IMG/VR virus record: IMGVR_UViG_3300021256_000002
Coordinates: 160,001-224,000 of that record
Strand: one strand, 5' to 3'
Source of the DNA: a virus
Taxonomy: Duplodnaviria; Caudoviricetes
DNA: 64,000 nucleotides
Part shown: in pieces, positions 50,049-60,240 of the stretch
Position numbering within the stretch: the first letter of the stretch is position 1
How the letters are laid out: each line of letters begins with the position of its first letter
Position numbers and translations under genes: made by a program
The notes under the pieces: generated by a model
What the model saw: the letters and a program-made list of their open reading frames with translations, nothing else
The model's database searches: none
Told to the model about the DNA's origin: nothing

Positions 50049-53000
50049 TTACGGATATACCGTATCGATATCATGATTATCGATTATTGCATCATCACGA
50101 GCGCATTCAACGTCGTAGTGAATGCTAATCAATCTACCATCCTTACGTTCGACTTTCAACTGATCCCAATTGCTGTAATCTTCATACTCTGTATCGAGCA
50201 TACTCAGATACATCTCATGAGCATCCACTCTACCGATGATTTCAATATCATCATCTTCAAGCACGAAGCATGGGATAGAGTTCTGCGCATAATCAATTGA
50301 GATAGATTCGTCCGTCTGTTCAACAATCTCACCTGATGCATCCAAATCGGTTTCATCAGGTTCAACGTCTTCATCGCTGATAGCAAGACATACGTCAGAA
50401 GCATCAATCGAATGATATTCACCATCAATACGGATATCTTCAGGATGAATGCCTGGGTCTTCCATGGTAGCGTAATTCTTATCTACAAGTACCAAGTCAG
50501 TCATGACCATATCGTACTCTTCAGCAGGAATTACCAAAGCAATCTTGTCTTCAAGATGAGTTGGACCAGTACCATCATCAACCATGTCGATAGTAGTACC
50601 ATCTTCGAACTCAACTACCATGTCAAGATCAAGCTGCCATGGATTATACTGGCTATTCTTACGCAACCATTCAAGTTCTTCAGGAGTGAGAATTTCTCTA
50701 TCAACCCCATCAATATGATGGAAATCACCATCAGGAATGTACTTACGTTCTTCTTCAGAAGCGTCAATCTTATCCTGTGTAGGTTCAAGACCTGGATCAG
50801 GAATAATATCGAATGCTTCATCAAATACAGGATTATATTTATCCACGTAATATGATTTTTCCTGATAGTCTTTTTCATCGACCTCAATTGATGGGTCGTA
50901 TGGATACTGAAGACTATCATAGTCGTGTACCGGTTCAGGAGATACTTTACCTTCAATGGTCCAATCATGATTGAAGTAGAACATGCTTCTGATATTACGC
51001 ACGTACCGTACACGGTCATCAGCATTCAGAAGAGTACGTCCACCTTCAATATTGAAGATATGGGACCAACGACCATAATCGTATCTCTTATCACCATTAA
51101 TATATTTGAATACGAGGTAATTTCGAATCAAATCATACCAACTATCTACGATGTCATCAACATGCTTGAGACTTTCGCTAGTTTCAACTTTAGGATAGTT
51201 GATATCAATCGCTTCACCAAGTGCACCAGTTTCAACGAGTTCATCCATGATGTACTTGGATTCTTCATCAAATTCAAACTTAACGTATTCATCAATCTGA
51301 TGGCATTTCTCATAGATTTCAACACAGTTGATTGTACCTAAGCGTTTAGCCGCTGTAATCACAAACGAATGTGGAGAAATCTGGTCGATATCGTACTTAG
51401 TAAGACGATAACCATCAAGATATACGTCATGATATGCTAAACTGAAAGGTCTGGTTAAACGTCCACGTAAATCAACATATCCATTCGGATAAGTATATTC
51501 ACGATGGAATACCAGTCTTTCATCATAACCTACATAGTTCACCATGAACTGCATTTCGTCGCGTGGACGCATCGGAATGTTGAACTTAGGAACATCTTGG
51601 AAGTTATGAACGTTATATACTCTATAGGAAATCTTCGGTATCAGTCGGCCATCCATATCATAGACACGGAGACGAAGACCAATATCAGGTTTCACATGAA
51701 GAATACTCTTCTTCTCATTCAAGTTAATCAAACCTTCATATCCGTATTCCCAGTCAATACCAGATTCACGAGACTTGAATTTGATTACCTGATTACGACA
51801 TTTGAGCTGAATCTCTTTACCAATCATAGCAGGATTTACTGCCGTGATACGAAGAGTTTGCTCAGGTAAGAGATTGAATACCGAAATCAACGGATCAACT
51901 TTCACATCACCCAATTCATCGTCAACCACCGTAAGTTCAAAGTCAGGATTCTCGGAATTTCTATTCAGATAATTCCCATCAGAATCTACGAAGAACAAAG
52001 AGTTCACGATAATCGGATGCTTAGTAAGCTTGCTTACCGGGATTTCAATAGCATCATTCGAAGTCAATGTAAACGTGTGATTGAACTTCACACCATCAAA
52101 ACGTTCAACCTCAATTACAGAATCAGGATTGATTTTAGATGTTGGGAAGTACACGTACTGATATCCATGATATATTGCCGTGTATGTTGGGATAGTAAAC
52201 TTACCATCAATGAACCAGTTGAATGACTTTACATCACCCGAGATATCAGTATTCTTATACGAGAAAATATACTGAGGCTGATTGAAGTTTACAAAACCAT
52301 CGGATTCTGGTATCTCAGGAAGAGTACTCGTACGTACTTTCTTATTCAGATTTGAATATGAACTCATCCTATGATACCATCCAGGTAGGAATCCATACGT
52401 TCTACGTTGGTATTCTTCATAGAAAAGCATCCAGCGCTTCAGAATACTTTCAATCGTATTCATCTTGTACAGGAATCCATCCCAGAGATTATTGAAATTA
52501 ACATCCTTATACGGAGTTCCTTCGAACATGTCTTGGAAAGAATACTTCCAATCAATTGGTTTATACTCTCTAAGAATTTCAGGAACTCTTGCACCTTCCC
52601 TATAATACTCCAATTCGGTATTATCAAGGTCTGGTCCAGATGTAAAGGATGTATCTGCTAATTCGATAGAGGAATGAGTTATCTGATTTACCAGATAAGT
52701 TTCATCCATCTCATTTACAAATACAACTGTCTTATTCAGTGAGATATCACTCTCACGATAATCGACATTTGTATCTGTAACCTCAACCGTATCAGTCTGA
52801 GTATCAATCAACTCATAATGACGGTTATTGATAGAATTCTGAAGTTCAGTTTCATAAATCGTATCAACATAGTCAGTCGGGTCAATACTCTCAGTCTCAT
52901 ACATACGTTTGAGATTGAAGAACCTCAAATACGGCTGAATTTCGTTATCGAAATAAATATGGTCGTTATGAGGTTTCATATCATAGAACGCAACCATACG

Positions 53001-53984
53001 TAACGTATATCCTTTCGGATTGTTTACGTGGTAAATATTTGGATAGTACTCCTTTAACGAAACGGATAAGTCGTTAGGTACGTACATATCGAAATCTGCG
53101 CTCTTGACGAAAATAGCAATGTCGTCTTTAGGTAACGGCATTTTATCACTATTGAGCTCAAACCACTCTTGGGTTGGATCCAAATCAATCGTCTTGAATA
53201 TCAAATCCATACCAATAATCATAATTGAATACTTCGTTACATCCGTCGGCGGTGCGTCAGGAAGCATAAAGTATTTATATTCTTCATTCCACGTGATATA
53301 CGGGATGAAGAAATGATGCTGGTTGGTTTTGTTTATCCAGAACCCAAAGTAGTTGTAACTTGCTTTGAGTTTAGACACTGCAGAAGAAGGGAATCTATTA
53401 GAGTATAACATATTCCCAGAGAACTGCGATGCATCAAGTTCCACTGCAACCGTATTGATTGCATTAGGAAGAAGCAGGATACGAATATCTGTCACAATCC
53501 CATCCAGTTTCACATTCGGATCGTCATCCAAATGAGCAAGACGATTGAGGTCTTTGTACCTGAACAGAATCTCGACATTATCAACAGAAACCTTCACTCG
53601 ATAATCGTTGTAAATCTTACCATCTACATATACGAGCAGAGAGTTTCTGAAGTATTTCATGTTTGCAGTCACTTGCTCTGAACTAAGATACTTATTATAG
53701 ATATCCGACCGGATGTACTTATCCTTAGTTCCTGCTGAGAACATTTGATAGTCCTTCAACGTAACAGGATAGCATCTTTCTTTCTTAGGATTCCATGCGT
53801 TAATAAATTCCCATTTCAGAGGGTCAATAGTGAACCGAAACTCATGATAGTTAACCAAATCACGCTGGATATTGTAGTCGTAGGTAAATGCCCGGATTTT
53901 CATATCCCGCATAAATTGGTCAAGCATTTTAGGGTTTAATGTACCATTTGAAATCGATTGGGTAATGATCTCTTTGGTAACCAT
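50049..53984 (-). CDS. large putative virion structural (baseplate/tail) protein
   Basis: 1311 aa, repeated (V/F)(Y/I)(V/L)DG beta motifs, acidic C-terminus, in a late operon. Confidence 0.6.
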   Translation of the reverse strand: MVTKEIITQSISNGTLNPKMLDQFMRDMKIRAFTYDYNIQRDLVNYHEFRFTIDPLKWEFINAWNPKKERCYPVTLKDYQMFSAGTKDKYIRSDIYNKYLSSEQVTANMKYFRNSLLVYVDGKIYNDYRVKVSVDNVEILFRYKDLNRLAHLDDDPNVKLDGIVTDIRILLLPNAINTVAVELDASQFSGNMLYSNRFPSSAVSKLKASYNYFGFWINKTNQHHFFIPYITWNEEYKYFMLPDAPPTDVTKYSIMIIGMDLIFKTIDLDPTQEWFELNSDKMPLPKDDIAIFVKSADFDMYVPNDLSVSLKEYYPNIYHVNNPKGYTLRMVAFYDMKPHNDHIYFDNEIQPYLRFFNLKRMYETESIDPTDYVDTIYETELQNSINNRHYELIDTQTDTVEVTDTNVDYRESDISLNKTVVFVNEMDETYLVNQITHSSIELADTSFTSGPDLDNTELEYYREGARVPEILREYKPIDWKYSFQDMFEGTPYKDVNFNNLWDGFLYKMNTIESILKRWMLFYEEYQRRTYGFLPGWYHRMSSYSNLNKKVRTSTLPEIPESDGFVNFNQPQYIFSYKNTDISGDVKSFNWFIDGKFTIPTYTAIYHGYQYVYFPTSKINPDSVIEVERFDGVKFNHTFTLTSNDAIEIPVSKLTKHPIIVNSLFFVDSDGNYLNRNSENPDFELTVVDDELGDVKVDPLISVFNLLPEQTLRITAVNPAMIGKEIQLKCRNQVIKFKSRESGIDWEYGYEGLINLNEKKSILHVKPDIGLRLRVYDMDGRLIPKISYRVYNVHNFQDVPKFNIPMRPRDEMQFMVNYVGYDERLVFHREYTYPNGYVDLRGRLTRPFSLAYHDVYLDGYRLTKYDIDQISPHSFVITAAKRLGTINCVEIYEKCHQIDEYVKFEFDEESKYIMDELVETGALGEAIDINYPKVETSESLKHVDDIVDSWYDLIRNYLVFKYINGDKRYDYGRWSHIFNIEGGRTLLNADDRVRYVRNIRSMFYFNHDWTIEGKVSPEPVHDYDSLQYPYDPSIEVDEKDYQEKSYYVDKYNPVFDEAFDIIPDPGLEPTQDKIDASEEERKYIPDGDFHHIDGVDREILTPEELEWLRKNSQYNPWQLDLDMVVEFEDGTTIDMVDDGTGPTHLEDKIALVIPAEEYDMVMTDLVLVDKNYATMEDPGIHPEDIRIDGEYHSIDASDVCLAISDEDVEPDETDLDASGEIVEQTDESISIDYAQNSIPCFVLEDDDIEIIGRVDAHEMYLSMLDTEYEDYSNWDQLKVERKDGRLISIHYDVECARDDAIIDNHDIDTVYP

Positions 53985-53990
53985 TCAGTT

Positions 53991-54998
53991 TCACCTACCT
54001 TTTGCTCTAAGGCATATCTGACCATACACATCCATACCTGTACGGGCAATAATGTCTTTGAACGCATATTGATTGTTCAAGAAAGCACCATTCACAGCGC
54101 TAAAAATATTGAAAATAAAATAGGACGGATGCTCCAATGCAAGAAGAGCAGCGTTGCCATACATTCCAATGAAATCTTTAAGATAATCACGGACTGTGAT
54201 ATCATGAAGTCCAGTGGAAATCAGCACTCCCATTGTAGAGAGACACTGAATGAATGTAGCGATATTGTCATACGGATTCTTGCTATCATTTTCTCTCTTT
54301 TCAGATACCCAATGAGCAAGGAATTCCTGATCAATACGCTGGAGAGTGATTCTCTCTACATTTTTACAGAGTTTAGCCGCGTAGTTATTCGTAACTTCAG
54401 TAGCTTTCAACCCAAGTAAGTTAAGCAAATAGAACTTAGCAGCAAGGTAAAGCACTTTCTCAAATGCTTTTTTATCAATATTCAGAGCGAGTTTTTTGTT
54501 CAACAGACGAGTGAACATATGAGCCCAAATACCTGCACTAGAACTCAAGACCTGACCCATTCTCAAGATAGAAGGGTCTTTCTGAAGTGCTCTAGCAACA
54601 TATGCTGTTTCTAACAGCGTATAGAATTTCTGAGTATCGATATTGATTTTATCAATAGCCTTATCATGTGATACGTAGTTATCTACTATCGCAACAGCCT
54701 TGATATCATTACCAGCAGGTACAAGAATGAACGGGAAAGTGTTCGGAATCTTGTATTCTGCGGTAATCCCTTTAGGGAAGCATCTAGCTTCAACAATACC
54801 TTTCTCAAAAGCCTCCAATACATTCGTTTTAAGAACGCCTTTATAGAAGCTCGTGATGGTATTGATTTGCGTTGTAACATCTTCAGTTTTCAACACTACA
54901 CCTTTTGTAAGGAGTGTATGAATATTTTTATCCAGAACTTCATTCTTGTTTATCTGGCTATACAAATAAGTCGATCTTACAGATTTCAGACCATCCAC
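53991..54998 (-). CDS. putative virion protein
   Basis: 335 aa, GAGGTG RBS, in a late operon. Confidence 0.65.
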   Translation of the reverse strand: MDGLKSVRSTYLYSQINKNEVLDKNIHTLLTKGVVLKTEDVTTQINTITSFYKGVLKTNVLEAFEKGIVEARCFPKGITAEYKIPNTFPFILVPAGNDIKAVAIVDNYVSHDKAIDKINIDTQKFYTLLETAYVARALQKDPSILRMGQVLSSSAGIWAHMFTRLLNKKLALNIDKKAFEKVLYLAAKFYLLNLLGLKATEVTNNYAAKLCKNVERITLQRIDQEFLAHWVSEKRENDSKNPYDNIATFIQCLSTMGVLISTGLHDITVRDYLKDFIGMYGNAALLALEHPSYFIFNIFSAVNGAFLNNQYAFKDIIARTGMDVYGQICLRAKGR

Positions 54999-55013
54999 GA
55001 AATGTCACCTCAC

Positions 55014-55505
55014 TTAAACAGCATTAACCCAGCGAATTCCTTCAGCAATGTAATCTGCATCAGGATTGAACACGCAAGCTTCGTAACGCTTAGATATGGT
55101 TGTACCATCAATCTTCGTAATGGACATAATCACTACGTTAGGCTCTGTAGATACGTTTTCATCTGGGTTAGGGATAAACGTTTTTGAAATATCTTTGATA
55201 CTAGGAGTCTTAAATTTAACGTCGGTCCAATGTTCATACTTGTACGGTCTGAGAGCGAATTCAACGACAATCAATTCCACTTTAGGTGGACGAATTCGTG
55301 ACGCTTCAACGATAGTATGCTCAGTAATAACGTTGTTAAATGCGTTAATATCACCAAACGCTCGATATGAGAAATTGTTTGACTGAATATCCTGATGATG
55401 ATAGAAAAAATCATTCAGAGCTTCAGCTTCTTTCTCAGTGAATTTGATTCCATACTCAACAAACTGCTGAGTTGCATCATATTTGGCATCTTTCGTTTCT
55501 TTCAT
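55014..55505 (-). CDS. late hypothetical protein
   Basis: GACA-N6-TA at 55534-55545, AAGGAG RBS. Confidence 0.7.
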   Translation of the reverse strand: MKETKDAKYDATQQFVEYGIKFTEKEAEALNDFFYHHQDIQSNNFSYRAFGDINAFNNVITEHTIVEASRIRPPKVELIVVEFALRPYKYEHWTDVKFKTPSIKDISKTFIPNPDENVSTEPNVVIMSITKIDGTTISKRYEACVFNPDADYIAEGIRWVNAV

Positions 55506-55589
55506 AATTAGACACTCCTTAACCTAAATACATTACTATTCTGTCAAAAGGAACGTATCTTGGTAGAACTAACCAAGATACGTCTCTAC

Positions 55590-56024
55590 TTACAAACCAG
55601 CTTCAGCTGCCCATCCACTCAATGCTCTAAACTCTTCATCGGTCATTACTTCTTTTTCATCTTCATTAAGTTCAACCTTGAAGATGATTACCCCACGAGC
55701 AGTTCTTATATAGAGAAGATTACCCATTGTAGGATCAACCATAAATCCAAAAAGAGGGAATTCTGCTTCTCTATTCAGCATAACAACTTCTTTTCGAATT
55801 TCTTTTGGTTCAACTGAGCAGATGATATCCTTAATCACTTTGGTTTCAGGCAAGCAGTGCTTACCATTCGTAGCCAGCATGAATACAGGGTCTGACATTT
55901 TACCGTTTTTATACTTGAAGCGCATTGTGGTCTTCACACCATATACGTCCTTCGGATCGTATTTAGCAATACCTTCGATTGCTGTAAAAAGAGCTTTCAT
56001 TTTCTTTCTTTTCATAGAAATCAA
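55590..56024 (-). CDS. hypothetical protein
   Basis: AAGGAG RBS, 144 aa. Confidence 0.7.
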   Translation of the reverse strand: MISMKRKKMKALFTAIEGIAKYDPKDVYGVKTTMRFKYKNGKMSDPVFMLATNGKHCLPETKVIKDIICSVEPKEIRKEVVMLNREAEFPLFGFMVDPTMGNLLYIRTARGVIIFKVELNEDEKEVMTDEEFRALSGWAAEAGL

Positions 56025-56098
56025 TCTCCTTTTATGATAGTTCTAAGTATGCAATAAGAGAATAAAACATACGCAATACCAAATACAATTTTCATCAT
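56021..56098 (-). CDS. 25-aa hydrophobic peptide MMKIVFGIAYVLFSYCILRTIIKGD
   Basis: Fills the gap between two genes; AAGGTG upstream; stop overlaps the next start. Confidence 0.4.
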   Translation of the reverse strand: MMKIVFGIAYVLFSYCILRTIIKGD

Positions 56099-56114
56099 CA
56101 CTTTAACATCACCT

Positions 56115-57443
56115 TCATGTGTCTGGATTGAGTTTCTTTTCGTAGCTATTCTCGAGGTCGTTGATACGATTAATTAGAGTCATGATGTAAAGATTGTTAA
56201 CGTATATAATGATTCTATACGTTGAGTTATACTCTTTATTATAGATATTAATCTTCTGGTTATCAAGGTCTATTTCATAGTCGTATTTCTGATCTTTAGC
56301 GAATTTGCTTCCTTTAAGAATACCCTTCAATAAGGTACTGTTTTTCATGATATAGAAATTGAAAAGCATTGCATTTGATATCCCATGTTTCTTATGATAA
56401 TCCAGAATATCCTTAAGAGCGGAGTCTTTAAAGATACCAGATATATCAAGTACATCAGGTTTATCCTTAGGAATATCTTTACTCAGCATAAAGATATTGG
56501 AATAGAAGAGAATGTATCCATCATGGTCAGTTTCTCTAAATATCTGCTGAGGGGTATAGAACGGGATTATCTTTGTTGCTTGGTTAGTATCCATCAGAAG
56601 AGCAGTATTTGCTTTCTGGACAACATCATCTCGCTCAGTTGTAAGAGCGTACATACCCATGGTATTAAATTCACTTGTCATAATGAAGTTAATAACTGCT
56701 CTATCATATACATCACCATGCTTATTAGGATCATCTCTACTATAATTGGTAAAGATGTATTCCATGGCAATCGGATTGTATATAAAGAATTCTTCTTTCT
56801 GACTAGCATTCTTTTCTTTGAATGTGAAGAGTCGGTTTGAATTTGACGTAAGATAATTCAAGAACTTACGTACCAAACCAGTATCTGGGTCACGAATAGG
56901 CATACCAGATATTTCAGAAATTGCATTGATGAAAGCCATTGGTACAAGGCATTCTGTTGCAGTATGCTTCTTGTATATCTGATTTTCATTATGTAAGTTG
57001 AGAAGTTTGTTGTAGAGATTAGCCTGTTGATATTCCGTCTCTACGATAATCGAACAGGTCAATTCAACACGAATACGGTTCATGAGATACGAGAGAGTTA
57101 CGTCATTCACGTTATCCCGAAATATCTTATGAAACCATCCACCAGTTCGTTCATAATTATATCCTTCAATGTTTCGAGTAAGTCTACTCATTGACATGAA
57201 GATATCGTTATCACCCATAATCACTCGAGGTTTTACAACCAGTATAGGTTTATTCTTATGAATGAATTTATCAGATTGACGATTCTCTTCAATCATGAAT
57301 TCTCTATACGGCATCTTACTTGTGATATGGATATGCTTAAAAAAATTATCAGGGAACATTCCTTTGAGATATTCAATCATTATAAAGGTAACATTTCCTG
57401 TAGTATGAGCAATTGATGCGTTAGCCATCGCTGTATTAGGCAT
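56115..57443 (-). CDS. putative virion structural protein
   Basis: 442 aa; TACA-N6-TA at 57461-57472. Confidence 0.65.
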   Translation of the reverse strand: MPNTAMANASIAHTTGNVTFIMIEYLKGMFPDNFFKHIHITSKMPYREFMIEENRQSDKFIHKNKPILVVKPRVIMGDNDIFMSMSRLTRNIEGYNYERTGGWFHKIFRDNVNDVTLSYLMNRIRVELTCSIIVETEYQQANLYNKLLNLHNENQIYKKHTATECLVPMAFINAISEISGMPIRDPDTGLVRKFLNYLTSNSNRLFTFKEKNASQKEEFFIYNPIAMEYIFTNYSRDDPNKHGDVYDRAVINFIMTSEFNTMGMYALTTERDDVVQKANTALLMDTNQATKIIPFYTPQQIFRETDHDGYILFYSNIFMLSKDIPKDKPDVLDISGIFKDSALKDILDYHKKHGISNAMLFNFYIMKNSTLLKGILKGSKFAKDQKYDYEIDLDNQKINIYNKEYNSTYRIIIYVNNLYIMTLINRINDLENSYEKKLNPDT

Positions 57444-57493
57444 TATTATTCACCTACCTTTATTCTTCTGTATTACGAATAAAACATTAATGT

Positions 57494-57790
57494 AATGGGA
57501 TATTTCGATTTGGTTCCATTGGCGTTCAAAGTATACCTCCTTTTCAATATAGGGGGCGAAGTGGTGGAATTGCTTAACCGTTTCTAATCGGGGCGTCTTT
57601 CTTTCTACTGGTTGGATGATTTGCTCAGACCAGACAGTTTGTTAGGCTTTGTCAGTATTATAGCCCCCATTTATGTATACTATTTGCGATTTGCTTGGAA
57701 CCAATTTCCATATCCTATTCATGACTATTTCTCTTTCTAAATATAATACACAAAAGAAAGCTAGAGCGATTGTGCTCTAGCTTTCTATCC
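57494..57790 (+). ncRNA. candidate novel structured non-coding RNA
   Basis: Late promoter AACA-TTAATG-TA (57483-57494), nested long-range stems 57494-57719, terminator 57752-57786. Confidence 0.55.
57752..57786. terminator. bidirectional terminator
   Basis: AGAAAGCTAGAGC/GCTCTAGCTTTCT inverted repeat. Confidence 0.75.
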
Positions 57791-57796
57791 AACTTT

Positions 57797-60221
57797 TTAG
57801 ATAGTGCAGAAATTGTACAGGCTAATTGTTTCGTCTTTGATGAAACCGAAATCTGAATTAATTAAACCATTATTATGGTCAATCATAAAGCCTGTTCTTG
57901 GGAAGAAGACTTCCTTAAATGCACGTTTAAACTCAGTTGTAATTTCCTTGGTGATATTCAAAGTATCTCCATCAACAGTATCTTCACATAGAGTCGTTAC
58001 TTCTATGCAGTTCTCTTATGAACTTCTCCATGTCACCATGGAAGTTGAGACTATATCTTTCTTCCTATATAGGAAGTACCCCATTTCGATTTAAGGGATT
58101 CTCACCCACTCACTTGAGCCCTACTCCTGTAGCCGATTCTAACGGCACCATTTGGATAGTCGTTGAACGTTCCTATTTTCATAAGCTTCGCTGCTGATTG
58201 TCTCATTTGAGAGTTTCCAGCAATTAAAGGTTTGGTGAATCATAGATTACTCTATGAAACGACCTAATTTAAGTCAGCATTCAGAGATTGTAAACACTGA
58301 ATAGGTAAACTACAACTAAGGTCAGAATAATCATCCTTAACTGAGGCCACGTTCATAGCTAAATATGACCCCATATTGATTGTTGGATTCCGATTGAGTA
58401 AAATCGACGAGTCGAGTTTTTCATGCGTAAGGATATACTGCATGATGCTATATACCTTAGTATCAAATTCTCGATACGCATAATACCATCTCTCATATGC
58501 TTGTGAGTATGAATAACCTTCTAATTTAACCAGAAGGTTAACGATATCAGGCTTCCACAACTCACAGAACGCTACATCCTTTATATTCACATAGATTCGT
58601 TACTTCTATGCCGTTCTCTTATGAACTGCTACATGTCTCCATGTAGAGTAGACTATATCACCAACTCATATAGAGTTGCTCTCTATTTCGAGTTCACTTG
58701 AACCCTACTCCCATAAAGGGATAGTCGTTGAACATTCCTCCGTAGAGGCTTCGCTGCTGATTGTCTCATATGAGAGTTCCCAGCAATTAAGAGAGTTTTA
58801 CATATTATATCACTATAATACGCCGCTAATAACTAACGGTAAGCGTACTTCATATGAACGCAATGACGCATCCGGTACAATAACGCATCTAGCTGCATTG
58901 TTAATACGACCACCTAAAATCGATCTCCTTATACCTTACATTCACATAGAGTCGTTACTTCTATGCAGTTCTCTTATGAACTTCTGCATGTCATCATGCA
59001 GAGTAGACTATATCTTCATCCTATTCGATATGAATAGGAGGCTGCTGTTTCGATTTAAGGGGTTTTCACCCGCTCACTTGAGCCCTACTCCTGTTGACGA
59101 ATTTCACGTCCTAAGGGATAGTCGTTGAACGTTCTCTCTTACGAGAGCTTCGCTGCTGATTGTCTCGTTTTGTGATAGCTTGTATCCACGAGATTTCCCA
59201 GCAATTAAGCAACTTTTCCTATACAATTACTCGTATAGGGACCTATAAAGTTAAGCCCTTCGTTTTCATGAATAGACGTAAATACAGAATCGAATACCTG
59301 GTTAAGATTATTCTGTGCTCTAAAGAGCGTATTGTTAAGTTTTGCAATATTACTGGTTTTGATTTCATGCTCATCATTGATACGACAAACGTTACCATAT
59401 AAGGCGTTGTAACATCTATCTACTTTTCTATATGAGAATTTCTCATTAGAGAAGAATACTTCACGTAATACTGCGGAATAAACCGGAATTTTAGTTACGA
59501 AGATTTTATTCTTATTCTCCATGATGAGGTCATATTGTGCCTTGCGGTTTTTCTTCTTCCGGTAGAAGAAATCCATAATCTCATCAAATCTTTCGTGGAA
59601 TTCTATCATACCAATTCCGGCGAAAGGATTCTTGTTAAGGTCTACATCAGTCGTTCCTCCATAGAAACCATCAAGTTTCATATCTTTATCAAATCCAATG
59701 ATTTGAGACAGAATAGAGGTTTTATTTGCTTTACCAAAGAACACATCAAGTTCTTTATAGAGTAATGGTTGAATGATAGAGAATCTTGCATCGTTAATCA
59801 CTATATAAGCAAAGAGCTTGAGGTTCACATCTACGAACTCAACCTTTGTCCCGCAATCAGGGCATCTACGACCTTTGAAAATCTTACCAATCATCTTACC
59901 ACAATCGCATGAATATCTGTCGGCGAATGCGTTATCATCGAGCCAATCGGTGCCAAACAACGGAGAATGGATACCATACATTTCTTTAGTTCCTTTAGCC
60001 GATGGTTCAGAACTCTTATCGTTCTTAGGATTCTTCTTAAACGGTTTTGCTCTTACGATGAAACCGAATTTACGTTTCATATCGTTCTCAAAGTCAGCTT
60101 CCCAATCACGAATAACTGGCATAGGACCAATCGTCTCTGCATTGTACAGCTCAGGAACCAATTGCTGTGCAAGTTCGAGTTCTTTCGGCGTTAAGTTATA
60201 ATCGATACCTATATTCTTCAC
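57797..60221 (-). CDS. non-virion RNA polymerase beta' N-terminal/catalytic subunit, four exons (60221-59254, 58933-58836, 58577-58272, 57975-57797; 516 aa)
   Basis: Zn finger CDCG...CPDC; spliced junctions give GLIRRSILGGRINNAARCVIVP, LPYVAFCELWKP, LNRNPT and LNADFDGD. Confidence 0.93.
57976..58271 (-). ncRNA. group I self-splicing intron 3 (296 nt, no ORF) inside NAD|FDGD
   Basis: P1 GACU/GGUC, same core, terminal G; removal gives AAT GCT GAC T|TT GAT GGA GAT. Confidence 0.94.
58578..58835 (-). ncRNA. group I self-splicing intron 2 (258 nt, no ORF)
   Basis: P1 CCGU/GCGG, same P/Q/R/S core, terminal G; removal restores the codon T|AT. Confidence 0.92.
58934..59253 (-). ncRNA. group I self-splicing intron 1 (320 nt, no ORF)
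   Basis: P1 GGGCU/GGUCC with U-G, P AAUUGCUGG, Q AAUCAGCAG, R GUUCAACGACUA, S AAGAUAUAGUCU, terminal G, P10 CUUUAUA/UAUAAGG. Confidence 0.93.
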
Positions 60222-60240
60222 GTTGATATACCTTCCTTTC

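Noticed and set aside
57552-57669. tRNA or tmRNA from the GGGGGC...GCCCCCA ends
   Set aside because: No T-loop (TTCRA), no anticodon arm or tag ORF; kept as an unknown ncRNA.
58264-58590. Stand-alone 108-aa gene, and 59205-60221 as a complete gene or pseudogene
   Set aside because: These are exons of the intron-split beta' gene; their ends are intron sequence.
58676-59128. 150-aa ORF as an intron homing endonuclease
   Set aside because: Wrong strand, spans two introns and an exon, no HNH/GIY-YIG/LAGLIDADG motif.
57976-59253. CRISPR array or IS-like repeats
   Set aside because: The repeats are conserved group I core elements, and the intervening segments are in-frame exons.
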